Of a DNA stretch of 64,000 nt, positions 50,576 to 59,936 are shown piece after piece. The stretch comes from an uncultured Bdellovibrio sp. (GTDB lineage Bacteria > Bdellovibrionota > Bdellovibrionia > Bdellovibrionales > Bdellovibrionaceae): NCBI GenBank assembly GCA_963932905.1, contig CAWVRN010000001.1, forward strand, positions 192,001 to 256,000. The letters run 5' to 3'. Under the pieces are notes generated by a model, which saw nothing but the letters and a program-made list of their open reading frames with translations, had not been told where the DNA came from and made no database searches. Both the position numbers and the translations under genes were made by a program. How positions within the stretch are numbered: position 1 is the first letter of the stretch; every line of letters starts with the position of its first letter.

Positions 50576-51871
50576 TTAGAATTGTTCAAACCATTGACGG
50601 AAAAACTCCCCGCGAGTTTCAAAGCTTGTAAATTCATCCTGACTAACTCCCCCGGGACTAAATAACACAACAGAGTCTATTCCTAGTTTTTCGGCGTTTA
50701 AGTTTCTTAGAAGTAAATCTAGAGTCTGAAACTCAGGAGCTAAAGAGCCTAATGTCTGTTTGATGGTGGATCCGTGTTCGCCGAAAAAATAGAGGTTAAT
50801 ACTAGGATCAGAAACCGATGATTTGAGTTCGATCCAAGGAAGTTTTTTATCTCGGCCACCCAGTAATAAATTAATTTTCAGATTAGGAAAGGACTCCTTC
50901 GTAGCGTCAATAGCTGCTTTTACACTGTCGATAGTTGTGGCTTTGCTGTCATTGATGAAAATCACATTCTTTTTTAAGCCCAGATTTTCCAGACGATGCG
51001 ATAAGCCTCGAAAAGACTTAATTCCCTTGAAATAAGACGCTGGGAAACTGCATTCGATACCTAATGTCGCTGCCATGGCCAAGTTGTCCTGATTGTGTTT
51101 ACCTATTAGATCTGCTTTTTCCAACTCGTATGCCTTAAGATCGCTGTTTTCAGCACACGACCATTTCAATTTTTCCGATGATTTGCCCCGAGTGAAAGTT
51201 TTTAAATCGCCGCCATGTTCATTTAAAAACATTTTGTTTTTAGTGCGGTTTAAAAGAGTCCACTTTGTTTCATAGTATTCGTTTAACGAATTATACCGCT
51301 CCAGATGATTCGGTGACAAAAATGTCACTAAACTATAATCGACAGATAATTTTTCTACGTTTTCTAATTGATAGCTTGAAAGCTCAAGTACTATCCATTG
51401 CGCTTTTTTACTGGGATCTTTGTAAATAGACAGTGCGTATTCGCAAAAGGGAATACCTAAGTTACCACCTACAAAAACATGGGGATCAAATGTTTGAATA
51501 CCCGCACCGATGATACTTGTCGTGGTGCTCTTTCCCAGTGATCCCGTGACGCCGATAATTTTTTCTGTCGTCACTTGGCTGAGAGCTAAATTAATTTCGC
51601 TTGTAATAACAACGCCTTGATCACGCCATTTTTGTATGAACTTTTTTTGTAACGGCACTCCGGGGGAAATCACCGCAGTTTTGATATTTGTAAGGGTGTA
51701 TAATTCTGCCTCTGTTTTGTACTGGGCGTCTGGTTTGTTTTCATCAAAAGTTAAAATGTCTTTTTCTTGAAAACCAGATTCAAGTAGTAGTTTCTTTGCA
51801 GCAATTCCACTGCGGGCTAGGCCAACGATGATAACTGGAGGTTGTATTTGAGTTTTCAAATTAAACGACAT
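50576..51871 (-). CDS. murD: UDP-N-acetylmuramoyl-L-alanine--D-glutamate ligase
   Basis: GLARSG, SPGVP, GVTGSLGKSTT, LELSSYQL, HLERY, HRLE, NDSKAT. Confidence 0.92.
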   Translation of the reverse strand: MSFNLKTQIQPPVIIVGLARSGIAAKKLLLESGFQEKDILTFDENKPDAQYKTEAELYTLTNIKTAVISPGVPLQKKFIQKWRDQGVVITSEINLALSQVTTEKIIGVTGSLGKSTTTSIIGAGIQTFDPHVFVGGNLGIPFCEYALSIYKDPSKKAQWIVLELSSYQLENVEKLSVDYSLVTFLSPNHLERYNSLNEYYETKWTLLNRTKNKMFLNEHGGDLKTFTRGKSSEKLKWSCAENSDLKAYELEKADLIGKHNQDNLAMAATLGIECSFPASYFKGIKSFRGLSHRLENLGLKKNVIFINDSKATTIDSVKAAIDATKESFPNLKINLLLGGRDKKLPWIELKSSVSDPSINLYFFGEHGSTIKQTLGSLAPEFQTLDLLLRNLNAEKLGIDSVVLFSPGGVSQDEFTSFETRGEFFRQWFEQF

Positions 51872-51882
51872 ACAGTTTATTT

Positions 51883-53307
51883 ATGACGACTGAAGATTTC
51901 AGTAAAGCAAATTATACAGCTATTATCAGTGACTTGCATTTATGCGAGGCTGAACCGGTACATCCTAAATACCCATTGTGGAAAAAATTTAAAACAAAAG
52001 AATTTTTCTTTGACGATGAATTCGAAGGTTTTTTGAAATTAATCTCGTCTCTAGCCAATGGAGACCGCATTGAGCTGGTGTTAAATGGTGACATTTTCGA
52101 TTTCGACTCGGTCACGTCCTACCCTAAAGACGCTGTTTACAAGATTTCCTGGCTAGAAAAAATTCGTGGAATGAAACCTCGTGAAGAACGCTCTTTATAT
52201 AAAATCGATAGAATTATAGATGACCACCCGTTATTTTTTTCGGCCTTAAGTGAATTCATCAAAGCTGGCAACAGAGTCATTTTCATTATGGGAAATCACG
52301 ATGTAGAATTGCATTATAAATCGGTACAAAAAGCGATTTTGAATTCCTTACGATTGACTCCTGATTTGGAAAGCCGGGTACGATTTAACGAATGGTTTTA
52401 TATTTCTAATCAAGACACGTTGATTGAGCACGGTAATCAGTATGATCCTTATTGCATCTACGACGACCCGATAAATCCGTTCGTAAAAGGCTATAATTAT
52501 TACTATTTGAAATTGCCGTTCGGAAATCTGGCTTCTCGTTACATCATGAATGGGATGGGCTTTTTTAATCCACATTTTGATTCCAATTACATTATGGGAG
52601 TCAAAGAGTATATTCGAATATTTTTTAAGTACATGTTGAAAGCTCAGCCATTTCTAGTGGTTTCTTGGTTTGTGGGTTCCGTTTGGACTTTGTTTTACAC
52701 CGTGAAAGATCAGTTTGCTGAACCTTTGAAAAATCCACTTAAAACAGAAGAACGGGTAAATGAAATTGCAACTAAAGCCAACGCTACGCCAAGACAAGTT
52801 CGCGAGTTAAAGGAACTATTTGTCGATAACTCTAGCCGTGATCCGATGTTGATCATGAAAGAGCTTTGGCTTGATCGTGCGTTCTTAATCGTATTTAGTT
52901 TTTATTTGGTTTATTTATTATTTTCGATTTTAAAAAGTATCTTTGATATTTCTCTGTTTTGGGGATTGATTCCGTTAGTTTTTCTGTTTCCGTTTTTTCT
53001 GTTTTATTCAAAATCTATTGTTTCACACGTTTCAGGATACAAAGAACCGGATGAAAAAATCTTAGCCGTTGCTGGTCATATCAGCGCGGTATCCCGCATT
53101 GTATTTGGGCATACGCATATCCCGCGCCACGAAATGATTGGTGGAATTGAGCACTTAAATTCTGGGACGTGGTCGCCGGGATACCTTGATATTGAATGCA
53201 CTAAGCCGATCGATCTAAAGAACTTCGTGTGGATTTCACCTTCGGATCAAGAGGGCAAGCGCAATGCAGAATTAGTTAAGTACAAAAATTTGCACGGCGT
53301 CAAATAA
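51883..53307 (+). CDS. calcineurin-like metallophosphoesterase with inserted TM helices
   Basis: SDLH, GDIFD, GNHD, EHG, GHTH and NSG; hydrophobic hairpin before the last motifs. Confidence 0.88.
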   Translation: MTTEDFSKANYTAIISDLHLCEAEPVHPKYPLWKKFKTKEFFFDDEFEGFLKLISSLANGDRIELVLNGDIFDFDSVTSYPKDAVYKISWLEKIRGMKPREERSLYKIDRIIDDHPLFFSALSEFIKAGNRVIFIMGNHDVELHYKSVQKAILNSLRLTPDLESRVRFNEWFYISNQDTLIEHGNQYDPYCIYDDPINPFVKGYNYYYLKLPFGNLASRYIMNGMGFFNPHFDSNYIMGVKEYIRIFFKYMLKAQPFLVVSWFVGSVWTLFYTVKDQFAEPLKNPLKTEERVNEIATKANATPRQVRELKELFVDNSSRDPMLIMKELWLDRAFLIVFSFYLVYLLFSILKSIFDISLFWGLIPLVFLFPFFLFYSKSIVSHVSGYKEPDEKILAVAGHISAVSRIVFGHTHIPRHEMIGGIEHLNSGTWSPGYLDIECTKPIDLKNFVWISPSDQEGKRNAELVKYKNLHGVK

Positions 53308-53376
53308 GAAAACTTTTGTCCAGCTCAAATATAGTGTGCAACCATCAAATCTCATTGAAATAACTGGAGGCTAGAA

Positions 53377-53571
53377 ATGGCAGACATTCTTGTAGTGACA
53401 AGCAAAATTAAAAAAATCATCAAAGAAAAAGGTGATATGAACACTTCAGCAGCGACTATAGAAGTATTAAGCAAAGCTGTTGAGCGTCTTTGCATGAAAG
53501 GTATCGAAAGTGCGAAAGCGGACGGTCGTAAGACTGTTATGGATCGCGATATCATCATCGACCACATCTAA
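53377..53571 (+). CDS. bacterial histone (Bd0055/HBb-like)
   Basis: 64 aa; LVVTSKIKK..K...MNTS and AKADGRKTVMDRD (histone L2 loop, R-D clamp); GGAGG RBS; own terminator. Confidence 0.92.
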   Translation: MADILVVTSKIKKIIKEKGDMNTSAATIEVLSKAVERLCMKGIESAKADGRKTVMDRDIIIDHI

Positions 53572-53617
53572 TTCATTTTAGATTCGTATCGAGATAAACC
53601 TAAGATTTAGAGTTTAT

Positions 53618-53649
53618 TAGGGCCTTTGATAAAAGGGCCCTATTTTTTT
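53618..53649 (+). terminator. intrinsic terminator of the histone gene
   Basis: TAGGGCCTTT-GATA-AAAGGGCCCTA then TTTTTTT; overlaps the stop codon of the convergent gene. Confidence 0.75.
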
Positions 53650-54890
53650 GCTTTAATCATGGTCGCTGTATTCAGCGCTATATTAAGTGGAAACGGCAAG
53701 CCGCCCGGAAAGTAGTCGGCCAGTGCGCTAACATGAAAAGCCACTTCCTCGTTCGATCTTAGATTCGGAAAGATAGCCTTGTAGCTATCTACATCCCATT
53801 CCAATGGTCTTTTCTTATCATCAAACTTCGTCGGCATAAAATTTTTCAAGTCTGGATTTGGATTGTCAAAAAGTGCCGCTAAATTCACTAACACCACTTT
53901 GCCTTTAAATGCTATCTGATGATTTCCTAGAAACGCGTTGCTTAATTTTGTCTGAGTTGAATCCAGTCTAATTGAAACCGCGATATACATTTTGTACCAC
54001 TCATAAGAGTATTTGAGCCATTTTTTCGACTCTCTACCAATACTAAGCAATGAAAAATAATCTTTCATGGCCGAACGAATTTCAAAATCAGAATTATTAA
54101 ATGTAACGATATTTGGGCCAGCTTTTGAAGATCCTTCGATGACTGTTTTAGAATCAGCCGTTTTGCGAATACCAAAAAGATCGCTGTATTTGTAAGCAGC
54201 CTGATACCCTAATTTCGCGCTGATAAGAGAAAGATTTTTTAGGGCCACAAGTGGTGTCACAGTTTTGTTGCTGGAACATGAGAATGTGCACTCGGTTTTG
54301 TAAGTGCCTTGTTTTAAGTCGTAAACTATCTGAGACGCTAAATTAACTCTTGAAATGAATTCCTTTTCTAGATGATATTGAACATCATTCGGAGAAATTG
54401 TTTTACGTTTACTTTTTTCAACTGAATCGTTTAAATAGCTATTGATAACGCTATTTTTTTTCCATGCAGACGTGTCCATCCCCGTTGCTAGTGTAAGGAA
54501 ATCGGTACCCAACATACCGATTGAATTTTGATTTAACATCGTGTTGTAAGCACGGAATGGCTTTAGAAGTAAAAGTTCTGCAGCTAGAACTCTTTCTACT
54601 TCTGCAACGGCCTTGTAGTTTTTTTCAATATTTGCGATCAACACTTCTAGTTCATCTGGGGTTTTTACTTTTGCAAAATCTTTTTCTAAAGAATTGGCCT
54701 CGGCAGATATGTTACGATCAGCGGTAGGAACGCTATCAAACAATGCTAATTCTGCCGGCGGAAACCAATCGTCCTTTGGACCGGAAGAATCAGTAGATTC
54801 GATAGCAACGACGCTTTCTTTTTTCTGCGAATGCGTGCAGCTGATGATTAATAAACAAGACGTTAAAATGTAGATTAAAAATCGAAACAT
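53640..54890 (-). CDS. hypothetical lipoprotein
   Basis: Lipobox IISC; paralogous to 38378-39916. Confidence 0.75.
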   Translation of the reverse strand: MFRFLIYILTSCLLIISCTHSQKKESVVAIESTDSSGPKDDWFPPAELALFDSVPTADRNISAEANSLEKDFAKVKTPDELEVLIANIEKNYKAVAEVERVLAAELLLLKPFRAYNTMLNQNSIGMLGTDFLTLATGMDTSAWKKNSVINSYLNDSVEKSKRKTISPNDVQYHLEKEFISRVNLASQIVYDLKQGTYKTECTFSCSSNKTVTPLVALKNLSLISAKLGYQAAYKYSDLFGIRKTADSKTVIEGSSKAGPNIVTFNNSDFEIRSAMKDYFSLLSIGRESKKWLKYSYEWYKMYIAVSIRLDSTQTKLSNAFLGNHQIAFKGKVVLVNLAALFDNPNPDLKNFMPTKFDDKKRPLEWDVDSYKAIFPNLRSNEEVAFHVSALADYFPGGLPFPLNIALNTATMIKAKK

Positions 54891-54946
54891 GGCAGCCCCT
54901 ATGTATAAGGAACTTCTCGGTTTTCAATTAGACCGTCGCCAGACGA

Positions 54947-57046
54947 CTAAGGTCCATTTTCAATCATCTTCAGGACCTCGTCCCAACCGATCACAGTGAC
55001 GCCTAAATTCGTTGCTTTATCCAACTTAGATCCAGGGTCATCACCGACGACAAGGAAATTAAGCTTACTAGAAACACCGCTTAGTAATTTACCGCCATTT
55101 TCTTGAATTTGGGCCTGAGCTTTATCTCGTGCGATAGGTAGAGTTCCCGTAATGAGAAAACTTTTCCCGCTTAAGGGTCCAGAGGTATTTACCTTGGCTT
55201 CTGCAACGCTGATTCCGGCCGCGATTAATGCTTTTACCTGACCGCGATTCGTTGTGCTGGATAACCAAGTTAAAACAGATTGCGCTACTTTTTCGCCAAT
55301 CTCTGGAACCTTCATCAATTCTTCTTCATTCGCATCAACAAAACGTTCTACGTTTAAAAAATGATCAGCCAAATGTTTCGCGGTTGTTTCGCCAATATAA
55401 CGAATTCCAAGTGCATAAATAAATCGCGCCAAAGTAGTTTTCTTGCTTTGCTCGATAGATTTTAAAATGTTGTCTGCTGATTTTTCACCTTGTCGATCTA
55501 GATTTAATAAGTCGGATTTTTTCAACACATAAAAGTCCGCAAATGATTTTACAAGATTACTATCTACAAAAGTTTCTATCCAGCGATCGCCCATTTTTTC
55601 AATATTCATCGCGCGTCGACTGGCAAAATGTTTTAATGATTCTTTTAAAATCGCCGGACATTCTGGATTTATACAGCGAATGACGGCTTCATCTGGATTT
55701 TCGTGAAGCTCGCTATTGCAACCGGGGCAGTGGGTTGGCAGTTTATATGGCTTTGATTTTTTATCGCGTTTTTCAGGAATTGATTTCACAATTTCAGGAA
55801 TAACGTCACCCGCGCGTTGGATAACGACGGTGTCGCCTACGCGAATATCTTTGCGATCGATTTCTTCCTGATTATGCAGCGTCGCGTACGTTACCGTAAC
55901 ACCGCCAACCTTCACTGGCTTCATCAACGCTACTGGGGTAATGGCGCCGGTACGGCCGACTTGGCAAAAAATTTCTTCAACGATTGTTTCAACTGTGTCG
56001 GGTTTAAATTTAGCGGCTGTTGCCCACCGCGGACTTTTTGCGACCATTCCTAATTCTTCTTGAGTTTTAATTGAATTTACTTTGACCACCAGACCGTCGA
56101 TATCGAATGGAAGTTTGCTCTTCGTATGTTCAAGCTCGTTGTAGTATTCTACCACCGCTTGAATATTTGTACATTTACGTGTGGCCAGAGCGTATGTCGG
56201 AATTCCTAACGTTTTAAATTTTTCATACACATCAGATTGGCTAGAAAAGCTAATTCCATTAACTTCGCCCAAATTATAACCGAAAAATTTCAAAGGGCGT
56301 GACGCCGTAATTTTTGAATCTAGCTGGCGAATCGATCCCGCCGCGGCATTGCGAGGATTCGCAAATGTCGGCAGACCTTCTTTTTCTTGGAACTCATTTA
56401 ACGATTTGAAGTCTTCTTTTGTGATCAAAACTTCGCCGCGAACTTCAAGTAGCTTCGGAGGGTTTTTTGAATTTAACCTAAGCGGAATGGATTTAATCGT
56501 TTTTACGTTAACGGTAACATCTTCACCTGTGATACCGTCTCCGCGAGTCAGTGCTTTAACAAGAATGCCATTCTCGTATATCAATTCCATCGACAGACCG
56601 TCGAATTTTGGCTCGCAAAAATATTCAAATTCAGATTCGATTTTTAAGAAATTTTGAATGCGTTGATCGAAGTCCAGCAAATCTTCTGGATCATAACTAT
56701 TTGCTAAAGACAGCATCGGAATGCGATGTGTTCCCTTGGTAAATATAGGCAGGACTGCGCCGCCGATTCGGTGGGTGGGTGAACTGGCCGTCAGCCAATT
56801 CGGATGGCGTAGTTCAATTTCTTTAAGAGCCGAGAAAAAATCGTCATATTCTTTATCAGAAACCAGAGGTTTATCTAACGTATGATAGTTGTAATCCAGC
56901 TGATGGACCCAGTCGATAAGCAGGTGATAATCCTCTTCAGTGATCTCCATGAGACTAGTTCGTACTTTATTGAATATTTTTTCCGCAGATTTTTTTTGGT
57001 CCTTAACAGAAGACATAAAATATTTAGACTTCATTTTTCGCTTCAA
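54947..57046 (-). CDS. ligA: NAD-dependent DNA ligase
   Basis: EPKFDG adenylation motif, TRGDG, ANPRNAAAGS, CPGC zinc finger, HhH, BRCT. True start may be a downstream ATG. Confidence 0.98.
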   Translation of the reverse strand: MKRKMKSKYFMSSVKDQKKSAEKIFNKVRTSLMEITEEDYHLLIDWVHQLDYNYHTLDKPLVSDKEYDDFFSALKEIELRHPNWLTASSPTHRIGGAVLPIFTKGTHRIPMLSLANSYDPEDLLDFDQRIQNFLKIESEFEYFCEPKFDGLSMELIYENGILVKALTRGDGITGEDVTVNVKTIKSIPLRLNSKNPPKLLEVRGEVLITKEDFKSLNEFQEKEGLPTFANPRNAAAGSIRQLDSKITASRPLKFFGYNLGEVNGISFSSQSDVYEKFKTLGIPTYALATRKCTNIQAVVEYYNELEHTKSKLPFDIDGLVVKVNSIKTQEELGMVAKSPRWATAAKFKPDTVETIVEEIFCQVGRTGAITPVALMKPVKVGGVTVTYATLHNQEEIDRKDIRVGDTVVIQRAGDVIPEIVKSIPEKRDKKSKPYKLPTHCPGCNSELHENPDEAVIRCINPECPAILKESLKHFASRRAMNIEKMGDRWIETFVDSNLVKSFADFYVLKKSDLLNLDRQGEKSADNILKSIEQSKKTTLARFIYALGIRYIGETTAKHLADHFLNVERFVDANEEELMKVPEIGEKVAQSVLTWLSSTTNRGQVKALIAAGISVAEAKVNTSGPLSGKSFLITGTLPIARDKAQAQIQENGGKLLSGVSSKLNFLVVGDDPGSKLDKATNLGVTVIGWDEVLKMIENGP

Positions 57047-57073
57047 GGCAAGCTTTTGAAACGGACTGCTGAC

Positions 57074-57102
57074 TTGCTTGATCTAACGAAAGACGTTATG
57101 CT
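57074..57102 (+). promoter_or_regulatory. putative sigma-70 promoter
   Basis: TTGCTT-N17-TATGCT; implies the hydrolase starts at TTG 57126 rather than 57102. Confidence 0.45.
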
Positions 57103-57125
57103 TGGCAAGCAATCGGAGATTTGAA

Positions 57126-58097
57126 TTGAAGGCAAAATTAAATTGGAAAATAGGTTTGGTTTTAGGTGTCGTCGGTCTTGGCGCCTTGACGTTTTTTTCG
57201 CTGCAAAAGCCATTTGTTCCTGCCCCATATTCCAGTTACAAACCCGTTTGGTCAACCTCGGATCTAAGCCGATTACAGGCAGGAATCGATAAAAAAGAAA
57301 AAACATTTCCCAATTTAAAGCGTGATAATGAAAAAAAGATTGGGTTTCACAATGGGCCTCAGCCCACAGAGTATTCCTTCATTTATATGCCGGGATTTTC
57401 GGCGACTCGTAAGGAAATTTTTCCGGTAGTTGAAAGCCTGGCAAAGCAGTTTTCGGCCAACTATTTTTTAACTCGCTTTCCGGCTCATGGTGAATCGGCG
57501 ATGGATTACAAAAATTTAAAAGCTCAGGATCTATTCGACACGGGTCATGAAGCGATCGAGATAGCGCCGAAGCTGGGAAAAAAGAAGATCTTTGTAGGCA
57601 CATCGACAGGGGCTGCGATTTTGTCGTCCGCCTTAGTCCAAGACTTGGATATTGATGCGGCAGTTTTCGTATCCCCTGCGTTTGCGGTTTATCCGGCGAA
57701 TTCTTGGTTGCTGAGCACTCGTATTGGGCCTATTCTAAATAAAATTTTAATAGATGAAGTTCGATCTTGGACACCAAGAAACCCGGTAATGGAACAATAT
57801 TGGAATACGTCTTATCACCGCAATAGTCTTATTGCACTGCTACAGAGCGTAGAGTATGTTCGCAGTCTTGATTTTTCGTTGATCAAGAAACCAGTTTTAG
57901 TTTTATTCACTAAAAACGATGATGTGGTGGTTGTGGATGCGATTTTATCAAAATTTGCAGAAATTAAACATCCTCATAAACGTTTGGTAGAAATTCCCGC
58001 GTCTAGTCATGTGCTAGCTGGAGAATTTACCTCGCCGGAAACGACTGAAATTGTGATCAAAGAGATCCATGATTGGATTCAGTCCCTGGACCTTTAA
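57126..58097 (+). CDS. membrane-anchored alpha/beta hydrolase (esterase/lipase-like)
   Basis: N-terminal TM, PGFS oxyanion, GTSTG nucleophile, NDDVV, SHVL; GGAG RBS at 57115. Confidence 0.85.
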   Translation: MKAKLNWKIGLVLGVVGLGALTFFSLQKPFVPAPYSSYKPVWSTSDLSRLQAGIDKKEKTFPNLKRDNEKKIGFHNGPQPTEYSFIYMPGFSATRKEIFPVVESLAKQFSANYFLTRFPAHGESAMDYKNLKAQDLFDTGHEAIEIAPKLGKKKIFVGTSTGAAILSSALVQDLDIDAAVFVSPAFAVYPANSWLLSTRIGPILNKILIDEVRSWTPRNPVMEQYWNTSYHRNSLIALLQSVEYVRSLDFSLIKKPVLVLFTKNDDVVVVDAILSKFAEIKHPHKRLVEIPASSHVLAGEFTSPETTEIVIKEIHDWIQSLDL

Positions 58098-58111
58098 AAA
58101 ACAACAGATCG

Positions 58112-58140
58112 TTGAACTCAAAACTAAAGTGTCCTAAGCT
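58112..58140 (+). promoter_or_regulatory. putative sigma-70 promoter of gatCAB
   Basis: TTGAAC-N17-TAAGCT upstream of AGGAG RBS. Confidence 0.5.
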
Positions 58141-58167
58141 ATTAGCAGCCTAAACTAGGAGTTTACT

Positions 58168-58446
58168 TTGGACGCTGAAACGCTAAAAAAAATGGCCCAC
58201 TTAAGTCGACTTGAGCTTTCTGAAGCTGAGTCTAATCAACTTGGTAAAGACTTGGGTAAAGTTCTAAATTTTTTCAATCAAATTGCGGAAGTAAATACGA
58301 AAGGTGTTGAGCCCATGGTAACACCGGTTGAGATCGAAACTTTTCTACGCGAAGATGAAAAGAATAATGAAATCACAACCGAAGAAATCATGGCGAATGC
58401 GCCATCGCGTGCCGGAAATTTATTTAAAGTTCCTCCTGTCGTATAG
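58168..58446 (+). CDS. gatC: Asp/Glu-tRNA amidotransferase subunit C
   Basis: AHLSRL, LRED, NAP, FKVPPV; TTG start with AGGAG RBS. Confidence 0.95.
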   Translation: MDAETLKKMAHLSRLELSEAESNQLGKDLGKVLNFFNQIAEVNTKGVEPMVTPVEIETFLREDEKNNEITTEEIMANAPSRAGNLFKVPPVV

Positions 58447-58454
58447 GATTTAAA

Positions 58455-59936
58455 ATGGACATATTAAAATCATCTCTAAAAGAAATCAGCTCCGCTGTTC
58501 GAGCAAAGAAAGTTTCGGTTAAAGAAGTCGCAGAATTTTATATGAAACGCGCAGCCACTCATAATCCGAAACTAAATGCCTATATCACAATGAATGATCA
58601 GGTTCTTGAGCAAGCTAAAGAAATCGATTCCAAAATTGCTAAGGGCGAAGATTTATCCTCGAAAAAATTATTGGGTGTTCCATTCGGCATCAAAGACATG
58701 CTTTGCACGAAAGGTCTTAAGACTACGGCTGCTTCAAAAATCCTAGAGAACTTTGTTCCGCCTTATGATGCCACGGTTGTTAGTCGTATTAAATCGAACG
58801 GTGGCTTAATTTTAGGAAAATTAAATCAAGATGAATTTGCAATGGGAAGTTCGAATGAAACCTCATTCTATGGTTTATGTCGCAACCCATGGGATTTAGA
58901 TCGCGTTCCGGGCGGATCTAGCGGTGGCTCGGCAGCCGCTCAGTCAGCGGGTTTGGCCGCAGCGACAATCGGAACAGACACCGGTGGCTCAATCAGACAG
59001 CCAGCCAGTTATTGCGGTGTTGTGGGTGTAAAGCCAACGTATGGTCGTGTCTCGCGATACGGAATCATTGCGTATGCATCTAGTTTAGATCAAGCGGGTC
59101 CTATGGTTAATTCCGTGGAAGATGCGGCGTTGGTGTTAGAAAGCATTTGTGGTTTTGATCAAATGGATTCAACGACCTCTCAACGTAAAGATATTCAATT
59201 CAGCCAAAACATTAACAAATCAGTTAAGGGTTTGAAGATTGGAGTGCTGAAAGAATTTTTCTCGGACCAATTAGATTCCGACGTTAAAAAAGCGCTTGAG
59301 CTATCAATTGAAAATTTAAAAAAACAGGGCGCCGACATAGTCGAAGTTTCAATTCCGTTAACTAAACATGCGGTTCCGATATACTACTTGATCGCTTCCA
59401 GCGAAGCGTCTTCTAATTTATCTCGTTATGATGGCGTGAAGTATGGGTATCGTCATGACTTTAAAGATTTATCAAGCGTCAGCCTGGATTCTTTTTATTC
59501 AAAAACTCGCGGTGATGGTTTTGGTTCTGAAGTGAAACGAAGAATCATCATGGGTACGTATTGTTTATCCAGCGGTTACTATGAAGCGTATTATGGAAAA
59601 GCCTCTCAAGTTCGTAGGATGCTGAAAGCACAGTTCAGTGATGTATTTAAATCGTGTGATGCTTTGATTTCACCGGTATCAACGACTCCGGCGTTTAAAA
59701 TTGGTGAACGCATTGATGATGCCCTAGCAATGTATTTGAATGATATCTTTACGGTATCTACAAATTTAGCGGGAATTCCGGGAATGAGTATTCCGTATTC
59801 ACTGAGCCAAAAGAATTTACCAATTGGTATTCAGTTAATGTGTAAAGATTTTGATGAGCAGAAAATGTTAAACATTGCGGCCGCCTTAGAAGAGACGTCG
59901 TCAGTTCGCGGTGCTCTACCAAAGGGGTTTGCATAA
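58455..59936 (+). CDS. gatA: Asp/Glu-tRNA amidotransferase subunit A
   Basis: GGSSGGS, GTDTGGSIRQPA, SNLSRYDG. Confidence 0.98.
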   Translation: MDILKSSLKEISSAVRAKKVSVKEVAEFYMKRAATHNPKLNAYITMNDQVLEQAKEIDSKIAKGEDLSSKKLLGVPFGIKDMLCTKGLKTTAASKILENFVPPYDATVVSRIKSNGGLILGKLNQDEFAMGSSNETSFYGLCRNPWDLDRVPGGSSGGSAAAQSAGLAAATIGTDTGGSIRQPASYCGVVGVKPTYGRVSRYGIIAYASSLDQAGPMVNSVEDAALVLESICGFDQMDSTTSQRKDIQFSQNINKSVKGLKIGVLKEFFSDQLDSDVKKALELSIENLKKQGADIVEVSIPLTKHAVPIYYLIASSEASSNLSRYDGVKYGYRHDFKDLSSVSLDSFYSKTRGDGFGSEVKRRIIMGTYCLSSGYYEAYYGKASQVRRMLKAQFSDVFKSCDALISPVSTTPAFKIGERIDDALAMYLNDIFTVSTNLAGIPGMSIPYSLSQKNLPIGIQLMCKDFDEQKMLNIAAALEETSSVRGALPKGFA

